DNA from: Malacoraja senta
Lineage: Eukaryota
Reading direction: 5' to 3'
Assembly (NCBI GenBank): GCA_038087875.1
Contig: CM076001.1
Span: 1,242,001-1,306,000, forward strand
Length of the DNA: 64,000 bases
The position numbers and the translations under genes are program-made. Of this stretch, positions 47,216 through 60,500 are shown piece by piece. Positions within the stretch are counted from its first letter, which is position 1. Every line of letters begins with the position of its first letter. The notes beneath the pieces were generated by a model. It saw only the letters and a program-made list of their open reading frames with translations, was not told where the DNA came from and made no database searches.

Positions 47216-50200
47216 TTATAGTACAACAGTGCATTCATTGTTTACAATACTCTCAACCCCACGCGGTGACCAGCGCCCACGGAAGGTCTCCAGATTCCCC
47301 GTGGACACCGCGTGTTCCCTCTCCAGGGACACACGCGCACGGACGTAGGCCCGAAAGAGAGGCAGGCAGCCAACTAGCCTGACCATCGACGGCCCGCTGC
47401 CTGGACCCGCAAATGGCCATCTTAGCCAGGCCCAGGAGCAAACCGACAGGGAAGTACCACCCCCCCCCGATCGGCTCTCCCCACTCCCTGCCTTATGTCC
47501 AAACACTAGAATCGTGGGACTAAAATGCAACCAGAACTTGAGGAACAACCCCTTCAGATATTGGTACAGGGGCAGAAACCTCACACACTCCATATACGCA
47601 TGGAACACGGTCTCCTCCTCACCGCAGAAAATACATGCGGCAGACAAGCCCGTGAACCGACTCAAAAGTTTATTGCATGCCACCGCTCGGTGCAGCACTC
47701 TCCAACCCAGGTCCCCAATGTAAAGGGGACCTGGTAACATCGTTCGCCATGGCGTGTCGGGACGGGAGACGAAGGCAAGGAGGTGCAGAATGTGCAGGAG
47801 CATTCTGTACAGTGCGCGTCTCTTCGCATCACGAAACAGCATGCTGGTCATCTCAGAAAGGCGGCTCAGGTTGTGTGGAGCCAGTGCCCGAGAAATATCC
47901 CGGAGCCTAGGCCCGATGAGCAGATCTGACAGAGCGGGGGAAAGCTCAGTCAGAACCACTCTAGGCGCGCGCCTCTCCTCGACACCCGCCATGACAAGGT
48001 GAGGACCGGCCACTCCCGCAGCCGCAACATCCCCCTCCCCTCGTGGAGCAACACGCTGGCTGAAGACAGCCAAATTCCTCACTCTTAGCACATCCCGGTA
48101 GAAAACAGGCAAGCCCCTTAGAGCGGGTCGACTGATGCCCGCCACCGGGAGCCACGAGACCCCCCTTAGGCAACGATCCTGATGGAAAAAATACGTGGCC
48201 AGAGCCTGCCTTCTGGGGGGTTCTCTATATACATATACCTCCGCAGAGTCCTGACACGGAGAGCCGCCACCTGGGTACGCACGCATACCAAGGACTGGCC
48301 GCCCTCCTCTAATGGGAGACTCAGGACCGCTGCGGAACCCCAGTGCTTCCTATTTCCCAAAATAAATCTACCAGCTTCTTCTGTAAAGCAGTTACAAATA
48401 TGGAAGGCGGGACAAGAGTAGCCAGCCGGTACCATAACATGGAGGCCACCAGCTGGCTTATGACCAGCACCCTCCCATGAAAGGAAAGAACTACAAGCAG
48501 GCCTGACTTTCATCTCTAACTCCTGCCAGTTTGCCGGCCAAGCATCCTCAGTGGGGCTCAGGTACACCCCGAGATAGAGGAGGTACGTGGTGCTCCACGC
48601 ATACATTGTCATCTCCTCCGGCAGGGAGTCTACCTGCCACTGACCCACTAAAAGTCCAGAGCACTTACTCCAGTTAACCCTGGCAGAAGATGCAGCCGAG
48701 TAAATCCTCTGGCAGTCACGCATCCTCCGCAGGTCATCAGGATCAGTAAGGAGTACATCATTGGCATACGCCGAAAGAACCGCCTCCACCCCCGGGCCAG
48801 GTAGGGCCAGGCCTGAAGACACAGGAACGGCTCCACACAGACCGAGTACAACTGACCTGACATGGGGCACCGCTGACGGACCCCCCTCCCAAAATGAAAG
48901 GGAGCCAACAACACACCATTAACCTTCACAGGGCACTCCACTGCAGCGTACAAAAGCCGGACCCGGGCCACGAAATGCGGTCCAAATCCGAACACTTGCA
49001 ACGTCCCGAAGAGGTATTCATGCTCTACCCTATTAAAAGCCTTCTCCTGATCAAGAGACAGAAAAGCAGCTGACTGACCAGTACCCTGTGATAGATGAAT
49101 CAGGTCCCTAACCAGGTGGATGTTATCCTGAATGGATCGGCCAGGGACGGTATAGGACTGGTCAGGATGAATCAGTTGAGACAGCACGGAGCCCAGGCGA
49201 TTTGCCATCGCCCGTGCAAAAACTTTATACTCTGTACATAGGAGAGAGACCGGGCGCCAGTTCTTCAACATGCGGAGTTCACCCTTCTTGGGCAGCAAGA
49301 CGACAACTGCCCTACGCCACGAGAGAGGCATCTCCCCGGTCGCCAGGCTCTCCCCAGAACCAACATATAATCACTCCCCAGGATATCCCAGAAAGCTCTA
49401 ACAAATTCTACCGTAAACCCATCCAGCCCGGGGGAAATACCCCTCCTGAGCTGGTGCAGGGCACGAGTTAACTCCTCCAGTGATAAGGGGCCATCAAGAA
49501 GATCGGCCACCTCCCTATCTACAGTCGGTAGACTCTCCCACAGGTCCCGCTGAGCCTCCCCGCTGAATCCACCCGCGGAGAACAGGGACCCATAAAAGGA
49601 CCTGACCAAGGCACTGATCCTCTCCGGATCAGTGACAGAGGAGCCATCGTCTGCGAGCAGCTCTACGAGCTGCTTGCTGGCTCCCCGCCCTTTTTCCAGA
49701 GAGAAAAAGAAAGGCGAAGCTCGGTCCAGATCGTGCAGCATCTGGACCCGCGACCTCATGTAAGCGCCTCGTGACCGCTCAAGTTGCAGGTTCCTCAAGG
49801 CTTACTTCTTCTCCTGAAACTCTCCCCATTCGCAGGAATCATCACCAACCCGACCCAGGCAAGTCTCTGCATCCAGTAGCTCCCTCTCAAGCCTCTCGAC
49901 CGCTGAGTCCCGCTGTCCGGTCGACCCCCACGTGTATTCCTTACAAAAGAGACTTTCCCCACATCCCACCACTGCCTAAGGGAAGAGAAGCACCTCTGCC
50001 TCTCTCTCCACTTCACCCAAAACCGGCTGAAAGACTCCCGGAAACACCGATCCTCCAGCAGCCTGTTGTTAAAGTGCCAGTATGCGGACCCAGCCCGAGC
50101 GCGCCCGGATTAAAATCCACACGCACCAGACAGTGGTACGAGCACGGCACCAACCGCATTGAGGCCGCTGAGACACGGGAAACAAATTCTCGGGAAATAT

Positions 50201-50812
50201 ACATGCGATCAATGCAGGAACCACCTCCCTCAGACCTGCGCAAAAAAGCATTGGAATCAGGGTGGAGGTTCCGCCATGCATCAACCAACTCAAAGGAGTT
50301 AATCAAACCTCTCAGCTTCTTCGCTACACCAGGGGCACACTGAGTACCAGAACGGTCTCGCGCCTCAAGTGTGCAATTAAAATCCCCCCAAGGAAGACAC
50401 ACTCTCCCCTATCAATAGTGCTCAACAGAGCAGTCACCTCCTGAAGTAGGCCAGCCTGCATCGTGCCGGAGCTAAGGGCATACACGTTAATGAAATGCAA
50501 CGGCATGCCATCCAGGCTCACGGCCAGATGGAGCAAACGTCCTGGCACAACCTTGCACTTTTAGGATGTCTGGCAGAAAATCCGGGGCCAACAGAAAGGC
50601 CACCCCACTCGAATTTGAGCTGAGATGGCTCATGTAGACCCCCCCTTCCCACTCCAGTCGCCAGGTAGGTTCGTCACTGTCAACGGTATGCGTCTCCTGC
50701 AGAAAACACACTGCAAATTCCCCCTCTCTAAGGACTGATAAAAGCTGAAATCTACGAAAACTCGCTCTACTTCGTTTAAGTTTAATGGGCTACTCTGAAT
50801 GTACAAATACAC
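47216..50812 (-). pseudogene. Tx1-like ORF2 (endonuclease, reverse transcriptase, zinc finger)
   Basis: Motifs FLQETH, GDFNC, IDRMY, SPGLDG, NWRPVSLL, LDQEKAF, GVRQRCPMSG, AYANDV (degenerate YADD) and CIFCGEEETVFHAYMEC are spread over several frames. Confidence 0.9.
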
Positions 50813-50853
50813 TAGATTGAGAACCTCACACTCCCCGTAGACTCAAAAACTCT

Positions 50854-53656
50854 CTATCTGAGGAACTCCAAAAACTCCCCAAACTGGCACTTCTCAGACT
50901 CAGGGAGATCACTGCCCTTGTTGCCAAGGATAGCCTCTAGAGTCTTAATCAAACCTGGCCAATCAGCCCACCGTCTTTTTGCAGCCTCCGCTTTTGTTCT
51001 GGCGGTACGGCTTGTTCTTAGAAACTCCCGCACCTCATGGATAACAACTGCTTGAGACAGCCTTGGAGCCTGGGCACTCGGCCAACCCACTCACACCTAA
51101 AACAACAAATTCTTCTGTGCAGCGCTCAAGGTCGTTGTCAGAATTCGAAATACCAGAACTCTGAAAATTCACTGACCCCACTACACAAGCTGGCCTCGTC
51201 ACTCACCCCCTCCTCCGGCACGACACCACCCCCAGGATCAATGCCGGGGGAGCGTCCTGACACCCCTGACCGCAACACGCAGCCCACTCTCCCACCACCC
51301 CCCACGTCTGGGCCTGGGGAAGAAAAAACAAGAGGCACCCCCAGGGCCCGTGGTACACTGGCACCCTCAGAATCCGAAAGAGGATCGCCACCCAAAACAG
51401 CCCCGACCTCCACAGCACCCAGAGCACCACCTCCACCCGCAACACCCAGAGGATCTCCACCTGCCTTTGGACTCTCCCCTGCCAACTCAGCCGGCGAGGC
51501 AGCACACACCCCCGCACCTCCACTTGCTCTGATATGGAGCACAGACTGGAACAACAATGCCCCCGAACCTCCCCCCTCGGGCTGACTCTGCTCATCCCCC
51601 GTCTCAGGGGGCACACTACCAGGGGAGCCAACCCCATCATCTGGCGTGCCAACACCCTCAGAACGCCTCTGAAACGAGGGGACCTCCTCCGACCCAGAGG
51701 ACACACACCCAGGGGAGCAAACCTCAAGACCCGATGAAATAACTCCATCGGAGGGGCCCTAAGACAAAGGGACATCCACCCGCCCAGAGGACACAACTCC
51801 AGAGGAGTCAACCCCAGCACCTGGTCTGGTATTACCTGTTGAAGATCCCTGAAATAGAGGCCCCAACCTCCAGCCCGGAAGACACTAGTTCATGACCACC
51901 AACCACATCAGCTTTGGACCCACGACCTTGTTCTTCCTCACCAGGCGCATGCCTCCTTTTTAACCCACTAACATGCGGTGGTACCATATAACCATATAAC
52001 CATTACAGCACGGAAACAGGTCATCTCGGCCCTTCAAGTCCGTGCCGAACATTTTTTTATTTAAAAAAAAAAAAAAATACTTAAATACTTCCCCCTAGTC
52101 CCATCTACCTGCACTCAAACCATAACCCTCCATTCCTTTCCCGTCCATATACCCATCCAATCTATTTTTAAAGGATAAAATCGAACCAGCCTCCACCACT
52201 TCCACTGGAAGCTCATTCCACACAGCTACCACTCTCTGAGTAAAGAAGTTCCCCCTAATGTTACCCCTAAACTTCTGTCCCTTAATTCTCAAGTCATGTC
52301 CCCTTGTTTGAATCTTCCCTACTCTCAATGGAAAAAGCTTATCCACGTCAACTCTGTCAAACGTTCTCATAATTTTAAAGACCTCTATCAAGTCCCCTCT
52401 TAACCTTACGGTGACATCCATAAAGGAAGGGTCTTCCGCCTCCACACTACCCACAGCCACTTTACCACCCACACGTTTTACCTTACCTGTCTCCTTCCGA
52501 ACCACCTCAGCTCCTTGCTGGGCCACGGCAGGTGCAATCTGGACCTCACTGGAGCTGATAGGCGCCCCTTGGGTGGTCTCAGATCTAGGCAAGTGCCCAC
52601 CCGCTTGCGTTTGACTCGCTTGGGTGGGCTTTTTCTTCTTCCTCTCCTTCTTCGGCATCTATTCCCCCCCCCCCCAACCCTCTTCACCCTCTCCCTGCGC
52701 CCTCGCCATCAGCCACCACCACAGGTTCAGGACGTAGTGGGTGGGGGCCATCGCTGCCCTGGGTCCCCAAGGCGGAACTTGCAGCCCCAGTTGGGCTATC
52801 ACTGCAGCCCCGGATCACCGAGGCGGAGCTGGCAGCCCTAGCCGGGTCAGCAGTACCACCCCGCGCCACCGAGGCATAACGAGCCACCCCGGATGGGACA
52901 GCAGTGCATTCCTGGGCCGCTGCGCTAGAACTTCTAGCCGTGCCCCCGCGATTATGACACTCCCTACGGAGATGTCCAAATTCACCGCACGCATGACACT
53001 GTGCCTTTCCCCAACTCCAACGCACGGTTCTAGGGAGACCCTTACACTCCACCTCGAAGCTCCCCTCAGCGCCTTCCCCCACACCCACCTTCATGAACAC
53101 CCTCCTCTTGAAACTGAAGACCCATTTTCCTTCGGGTTACCCCCGGGGTGCATAAGCCTAAAGCACTTAGACCGCACCTCCCCAAACTTAGACAGGTGTT
53201 GAAGAAGTGTCGCATCCGGAATACATGTGGGGCAACCGCAGGAGAACCGGTCTCACCCTGGACACCCACGGATCCACCTGTATGTGGGACCCCCCCCACT
53301 GAGATTCCCCTCTCCAATGCTAGGGCCACATCCTCCTGGGTCTTCAGTATCATCTCAACCTTTCCTCTTTCGAGCTTGGAAGAGACAATAACCCCCCTCT
53401 CAAGAAGGTCATTCATGCCCTTCGTAATTGCTCCCCTGGTCCACATGGGACCAGTTTGGACAGAGATACCGAATCTTTCCCAATCCAAGTCAACATGAGG
53501 CTCATGCCCAAATGGCCTCATACCCGCTGCTGATACCACCGCTGCGTAACTCCGGACCTTCGGCCGCGCCCCAGCCATCGCCATCCTGACAGTGGCACAA
53601 ACCAGCTCCAGGCACCTCAGCAGCTCAGCTCCAAGTGAAGTCCCAGAGACAGTCAC
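50854..53656 (-). pseudogene. Tx1-like ORF1 (gag-like nucleic-acid-binding protein)
   Basis: ORFs 53066..53656 (RSYAAVV), 52684..53100 (CHACGEFGHLRRECH zinc knuckle), a long low-complexity region and C-terminal block 50854..51090. Confidence 0.8.
51984..52408 (-). mobile_element. CR1 3' fragment inserted in Tx1 ORF1
   Basis: Tail (CCATATAA)2 at ~51984, and peptide RLRGDLIEVFKI...TRGH...NFFTQRVVAVWNELP...EGYG. Confidence 0.92.
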
Positions 53657-54052
53657 AGTCTAAGGCAGGCAGCAGAAAGCAGAAACCTCCAGCTGAAGCA
53701 GGGAAAGTCCCCAAGTTCGTCCACTGCCGAGAGCAGCTTTTGGGAAGCTCTTTTACAGTCTTGCCGGAAGCAAAAGTACCTTCTTCACATTAAGCCAGGC
53801 AGCCGCACTGTGCAAAATGATTTTAGGGCAGAGAATCGGTGCTAAAACGACAAAGACACCGATATCTTTCCTACCCTCGATCTCCAGGCAGTCCGCCAAC
53901 GACATCCACACCTGCGGCGATGCAGAGAAAACTCAGGAATTTCACACTGGTGGAGGAATCCTTAAGCAAAGGAAAGTTTTAGCAGTCCAACGATAAGTCA
54001 AACTATGATGCCCCTCTGCCTCTGTTCCTTCTCCATCGACAAAATCCTTGAA

Positions 54053-54252
54053 NNNNNNNNNNNNNNNNNNNNNNNNNNNNNNNNNNNNNNNNNNNNNNNN
54101 NNNNNNNNNNNNNNNNNNNNNNNNNNNNNNNNNNNNNNNNNNNNNNNNNNNNNNNNNNNNNNNNNNNNNNNNNNNNNNNNNNNNNNNNNNNNNNNNNNNN
54201 NNNNNNNNNNNNNNNNNNNNNNNNNNNNNNNNNNNNNNNNNNNNNNNNNNNN
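54053..54252. other. Assembly gap (200 N)
   Basis: Run of 200 N. Sequence on either side may not be contiguous. Confidence 1.
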
Positions 54253-55469
54253 ATGCAAATAAATGAATTTATGTACACCTTTACAAGATTTAAGCAGAGT
54301 TATGTAGTGACTAAAATATTATGTATGGTATTTTCAGTTCTCAATTTTTTTTTTTTTTTTTTTTTAATGTTGTTATTGCTGTTTTTGTTCAGTTTGTATT
54401 TTCCTACAGTAGTATTTGATCATATTCTTTGTGCTGTGGATTTTATCAGATTATCTGCAAACGACAGACGTGCAGTGGAGCTATAACAGCAAACATAAAA
54501 ATTGCAAAAATAAGTGTAACATAAAAATCTTGCAGGCTGGAGATTGATTCAATTTGCTTGTTAAATGAGAATGAATCATAAAATGTCATCCTGCAGATTT
54601 TGGTGCAATAAATGATCCATATCAGTCACTTTTCCCGTTGCAGTGTAGAACCATTCAAACATCCAGTGAATCAGTTAATATTATTAACCTTTATCATAAT
54701 GTGGTTGATCTTACAGTGTTGTCTACCTAAAATATTGCCATATGACAGATTTATATTTTAACATAAATGGAATTAATGCTTTTTGTAGTAGTTTAATATT
54801 TTAATGGAAATTTGATGCTGCTTATAGAGAATTCAGGGAATATTATTCAAGTTTTGTGAGGTTGAATTTTGCTCTTATTATTGCCCTCAGTGATACACTA
54901 CAGCTTTGTAGTCTGAATTTGGCAGAATTGTTCAGATTAGCATTATTATTGTAGTTTCTAAATGCTTAGCATAGTATATCATCAATTTGTTTTGTCCACA
55001 GAATATTGTGTGCAGCTGATGGAAAGAAAAGAAAAATCAATGAGGCTTCATTAGGGCAGCAGGAAGTCAGGACCAGAGAACTGGCTTAATTACAGTTTCA
55101 GTAGCATTTGCTTTAATTGGAAAGAATAAAGCGACTGAAGTGGAGTGAATGAAGGAATTAGCATATCTATCACTGTTGTCACTCCTTATCCAGGCTTCAA
55201 GGCACTGTAAGCACTGAGAAATCAAAAAACAGTTTTGGAGGAAAAAAACATAAAATATTCTGAAGAATTTTGTAATAATTAATTATAACCGCTTTAAGCC
55301 TGCTGAGAAAAGATCTATTATTTTATGTTTCTTATTTTCTACCTGTATTTTCAAAGAGTAGCATTTGATTAATGCCAAGCTATAATTGAAAGAACATTTT
55401 TGGTACATTGTTATTACTACAATATCCATTTTGGATTATGCTAATTACTGTTTAACTAATTTGTCTTCT

Positions 55470-55988
55470 GCATAACAAGAGGATTTCAGTATAGGAGTAA
55501 AGAGGTTCTTCTGCAGTTGTATAGGGCTCTGGTAAGACCACATCTGGAGTATTGTGTACAGTTTTGGTCTCCTAATTTGAGCAAGGACATCCTTGCGATT
55601 GAGGCAGTGCAGCGTAGGTTCACGAGATTGATCCCTGGGATTGCGGGACTGTCATATGAGGAAAGATAAAAAAGACTAGGCTTGTATTCACTGGAGTTTA
55701 GGATGAGGGGGATCTTATAGAAAAATATAAAATTATAAAAGGACTGGACAAATTAGATGCAGGAAAAATGTTTCCAATGTTGGGCGAGTCCAGAACCAGG
55801 GGCCACAGTCTTAGAATAAAGGGGAGGCCATTTAAAACTGAGGTGAGAAAAAACGTTTTCACCCAGAGAGTTGTAAATTTGTCGAATTCCCTGCCACAGA
55901 GGGCAGTGGAGGCCAAATCACTGGATTTAAGAGATTTAAATCGAAGGGCCGAATGGCCTCCTCCTGCACCTATTTTCTATGTTTCTTT
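55470..55988 (+). mobile_element. CR1 3' fragment with internal deletion
   Basis: YRSKEVLLQLYRALVRPHLEYCVQFWSP, TRGHSLRI and the tail CCTGCACCTATTTTCTATGTTTC. Confidence 0.93.
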
Positions 55989-57512
55989 GTTTCCAGATAA
56001 GAAAATATATAATAATATGAAGGAGTCACATTATCTGTAATTCTTCTTCATTACATTCTTTTCTTACACGTGTTCAACAGTGAATATGGTGTCATGTGAA
56101 AGAAATATCTAAAAATGTCTACTTTTGTACCTCAGCTTTTTCTTCTTTCAATCTCTTCATTTGTTAGCTTGGACAGTAGTTAGGAAGATGAATGCCTTGG
56201 AATACTATGTGCAGTATGTTTGCTGCCATATAAATCAAATGATACAATTGGTAATCTATCACATTGTATTACACATACTAAACAAGCAATTCCTTTAGTT
56301 TAAATGTTATGTTCTCCTACTCACCCTTATTTCTTCCAATCCCTCTCAGATTTTCCTTTTCATTCCTGAGTCTCTAAACCTTCCACTATTATTTTGCTGC
56401 TTCCACTTTTACTTTCTAAACTTGCTGGAGTTCACCATTTCCATAAATATCCTAATGGCATTTCCCACAAACCGTAATATTTTGTTTTTCTTGCTGCAAA
56501 TTTCCAGTTGCCACTCTTCTAGACTGTTCCACCTGCCCAACCTGCAGGTTCATGATAACAACTCCTATTCCCCATTTCCTCTTTCAATTTTCAAGAATTC
56601 TTAACCAATTTTTTAACCTATCTCTCTACATATCGTCGATCATCCTATGCCCATGCTTAAACTGTGCTAGTGCTTTCAGCAGTGGTTTGAATCCACTGCT
56701 GCATTATTTAGGCTCCTCTTTACACCAGACCTAGACTTCACGGCCATTCTCTCATTATCCACAACCCACATCAGCATTATTATTATAATCTGAGTGTAAA
56801 CATGGTATCAGTAATTAATTTGAATGAAAGCATAGCAATGAATCTCCCATACTTATTGATAAATGAACATTCACGTTTTCATATTTAGTGATGTGGGCAT
56901 CACTGACAAGGCCAATATTTATTGCCGATTTCTTATTGCCCTTGGAGTTGGTCTTGGACCACTTCCTTGAACTGCTGCATGCCATGACTGTTACATGCCA
57001 CTTATCAGCCCATATCAGAATGTTAACCAAATATTGATGTATGCAGGTAGGGAGAGTCTCTTTTTCCTACAAGTTGTAAACAAAATTGAACATGTATAAT
57101 AATCAGCAAACATCTCCACTTCTGGCTTTTATGATGGTGTGTTTATTGATGAAGTAGCTGAAGATAGTTGAGTCTTGGACACTGACCAGAGGTAATTGAC
57201 ACCTAACAACTGCAGCTTTACAGTATATGAATGTAGATTCCAACCATGGTTTGTAACAATTGTCTGTAGAGGCCGCGTGATCAGTTTGGGAAGCCGCTTG
57301 GAATAAAATGTCATGCCATGCTGATCTGAGTTGTGACATTGTTCAACTTTACAAGCCTAGACGTACATTAGTTAATTTGAGTATATTGCAGAGGTATGCA
57401 AAGAGGAGGTCAAGTGGCAGGCCAAACGGATAAATCAGGAGATTTTGCAAGTATGTGAAGACATGGGAAGTATTTGGGACCAATTTGAAACGTATGAAAA
57501 TGTTTCTCTATT

Positions 57513-60500
57513 TCTTTTTTTATTTTTTATTTTTTATTTATTTATTTATAGAAGTACATTACATTACAACCAATTACACGAGTACTCATCACATATATCT
57601 TATTACAATTAATGTACTCCGTTTATTTTCTACACTAATAAAGGGAAAGGATAAGATTGAGAAAAAGAAGAAAGTGATGGAAAAAAGTGAAGGTGTAAAG
57701 AACGTGACAACAACAAAAAAACAAAAAAAAGACAAAGACCCTATAAGAAAGAAATTAAACACAAAAGAAAAGAGTTAAGAAATAGACCCTAAAAGAGAAG
57801 TAAAAAGAGAAAGGGGGAAAAGAGAAAAACAGATTTTTTTTTTTGTAAGCATCACGCAAATGGGACATACCAACTCTCCAGCTTTCATCCCCCCTTACCT
57901 GACCTCAGTTTTTTTAGTACTTTTGCACCCTATACTTGTAATAATTCTATAAATACAGACCACGTCAGGTAGAAGTGGTTTACCTGCCAGGAGGAGTCTT
58001 ATCTCTTCTAGGTGTAATGTTTCGACCATATTTGAAATCCACATGTTTATAGTTGGTATTGGAGCGTTTTTCCAGAATTTTAGGATTAACTTTTTTCCAG
58101 TTATTAACCCATAGTCTATTAATTTCTTTTGGAACACATTTAGTTCTGGACTATCTTCCGTTCCGAAGATAATCCATTCTGCTTTGGGTATCAATTTAAT
58201 TTAAAATAATTTTGTAAAAATTTCAAAAATTTAAATCCAAAATTTTTGAATTTTTGTACAGAAAACAAATGAGTGCGCTATAGTAGCTTCTTGAGATTGA
58301 CATTTATCACAAATTGATGATACATTTGGGAATATTTTATTGATTTTAGTTTTAGAATAGTATAATCTATGTAAAATTTTAAATTGTATTAAATGTTTTA
58401 CATTAATCGAACATTTATGCACGTTTAATAAATATTCATTCCACCTTTCCTTTGAAATTTTAATGGCTAATTCTTGTTCCCAGTCTCTTCTAATACCTTC
58501 CGTAGATGGTATTTCTACATTTAAAATAATATTATACAAATATGATATTAAGTTTGCTGATTCAGCTTTTATCTGCATTGCTTCATCCAATACATCTGTT
58601 GAGGTATTTTGATGATCTTTTGTATATTTTTTCAAATAGTCACATATTTGAAAATATTTAAGATATTGATTATTTCCGAGTTTATATTTTATTTGTAGTT
58701 GTTGGAATGATAGTAATTTTCCAGTTTCGTACAAGTCACCGAACGTTTTAATTCCTAGTCTATCCCATTGTATGAAAGATTTGTCTGTAATAGAGGGATT
58801 GAATGAAGGGTTATTAATTATGGGAGATAAAAGTGATAAATTTCTTAATTTTAAATTTTGTTTTATTTGTTTCCAAGTTCTAATTGTGCTATGTATAATT
58901 GGGTTTTTGTTATAATTTATGTTATTCAGTTTCATTGGTGAGAGAAGGATCGCTCCAATGTTTCCAGAGGAGCAGACCTCTCTCTCCATTACAATCCAGT
59001 CCACTTGCTGGGCAGAGTTGTCCATCAGTTGAATCATATTTTTAATATTTACTGACCAATAGTAATACATGAAATTAGGGAGTGCTAAGCCCCCTAATCC
59101 TTTAGCTTTGTTCAAGTGTGTTCTTTGTATTCTATGTGATTTATAGTCCCATATAAAATTCATAATGTCTAAATCCAGTTGTTTTTTTTACTTCTTTGGT
59201 AGGTATATAGGAATTGATTGAAATAGGTATAAAATTTGTGGTAAGAAAATCATTTTTATTGCGTTTATTCGGCCTATTAAAGCCATCGGGAGCGTTTAAG
59301 TAAAGGATCAAAATTTGCTTTAAACATGCCTTGATATGTTCTGGTGATTTCGATTCCCAAGTATTTAAATTTTTCTGTAGCTATTTTAAAAGGGAATTTT
59401 AAAAGATGTGTTGAGTCTTTCGGTTTTATTGACATAATTTCACTTTTATTCCAATTTATTCTATATCCAGAAAAGGATCCAAAATCCTCGATTAGGTTTA
59501 ATATATTTGGAATAGTGATTTGAGGTTTTGTAATGTACAATAATATATCATCCGCATATAAAGATATTTTATTATTTGAATATTTAGTGTTATACCCATG
59601 GATATCTGGATGTGTTCTAATTTTTTCTGCTAACGGTTCAATTATGAGAGCGAACAACTGTGGTGATAATGAGCATCCTTGTCTATTTCCCCTTGATAGT
59701 TGAAATTTCGAGGATAATATGTTATTAGTTAATATTCTAGCTGTAGGTTTATTATATAATAGTTTAATCCACAAAATAAAATTCCCACCCAGTTGGAATT
59801 GTTGTAATACTTTATCCATATAATTCCATTCTACTTGGTCAAATGCTTTTTCAGCGTCCAAGGAAATGATTGATAATTCTTGTTCTTCGGATTTATGTGA
59901 ATGCATTATATTGAGTAGACGTCTCATATTATTAGATGAATATCTTTTAGGGATAAACCCCGTCTGATCTGGATTTATTAGTTTACTAATATATTTACTT
60001 AGTCTTCTAGCTAGTGTTTTCGCTAATATTTTTTGATCTGTGTTTAACAATGCTATAGCTCTATATGAACCCGGTTCTTCTATATCTTTATCTTTTGTAA
60101 GTATTAGTGTGATCGTTGATTCAGCTAATGTGTCAGGTAATATTTGTTTTTTAAAAAGCATATTGGTACATTTTTTGTAATCGTGGTATAATTTTGTCGT
60201 AGAAGCTTTTATAAAATTTGTTAGTAAATCCATCAGGACCTGGTGTTTTTCCATTCTTTAATGAGTTTATTGTATCTTCTAATTCCTTAATTGAGATTTG
60301 TGCTCCCAATTCCTCTTGTTCCTTCAACTCTAACTTTGGAAGATTGCAATTATCCAAAAACTCTGTAATTTTATAGGAGTCAGTTGTCGTTTTAGATGTA
60401 TACAAATTCTCATAAAATTGCGCAAATCTTTTATTAATATCCTTCGGTATGGTTAATAATCCCCCTCTATCTGATTTAATCTTTGGGATCGTATGTTCTT

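Larger units (their letters stand above)
47123..54052 (-). mobile_element. Tx1-like L1-clade non-LTR retrotransposon, near full length, frameshifted
   Basis: Poly-A and AATAAA at ~47123-47151. ORF2 fragments cover EN, RT and the C-terminal CxxC..H zinc finger; ORF1 has a CCHC knuckle. The 5' boundary is uncertain and may run into the gap. Confidence 0.9.

Noticed and set aside
53998..54278. ORFs with poly-X
   Set aside because: Artefacts of the 200-N gap.
56890..57200. Possible very old interspersed-repeat fragments
   Set aside because: They look like decayed retroelement sequence but are too degenerate to bound or classify by eye.
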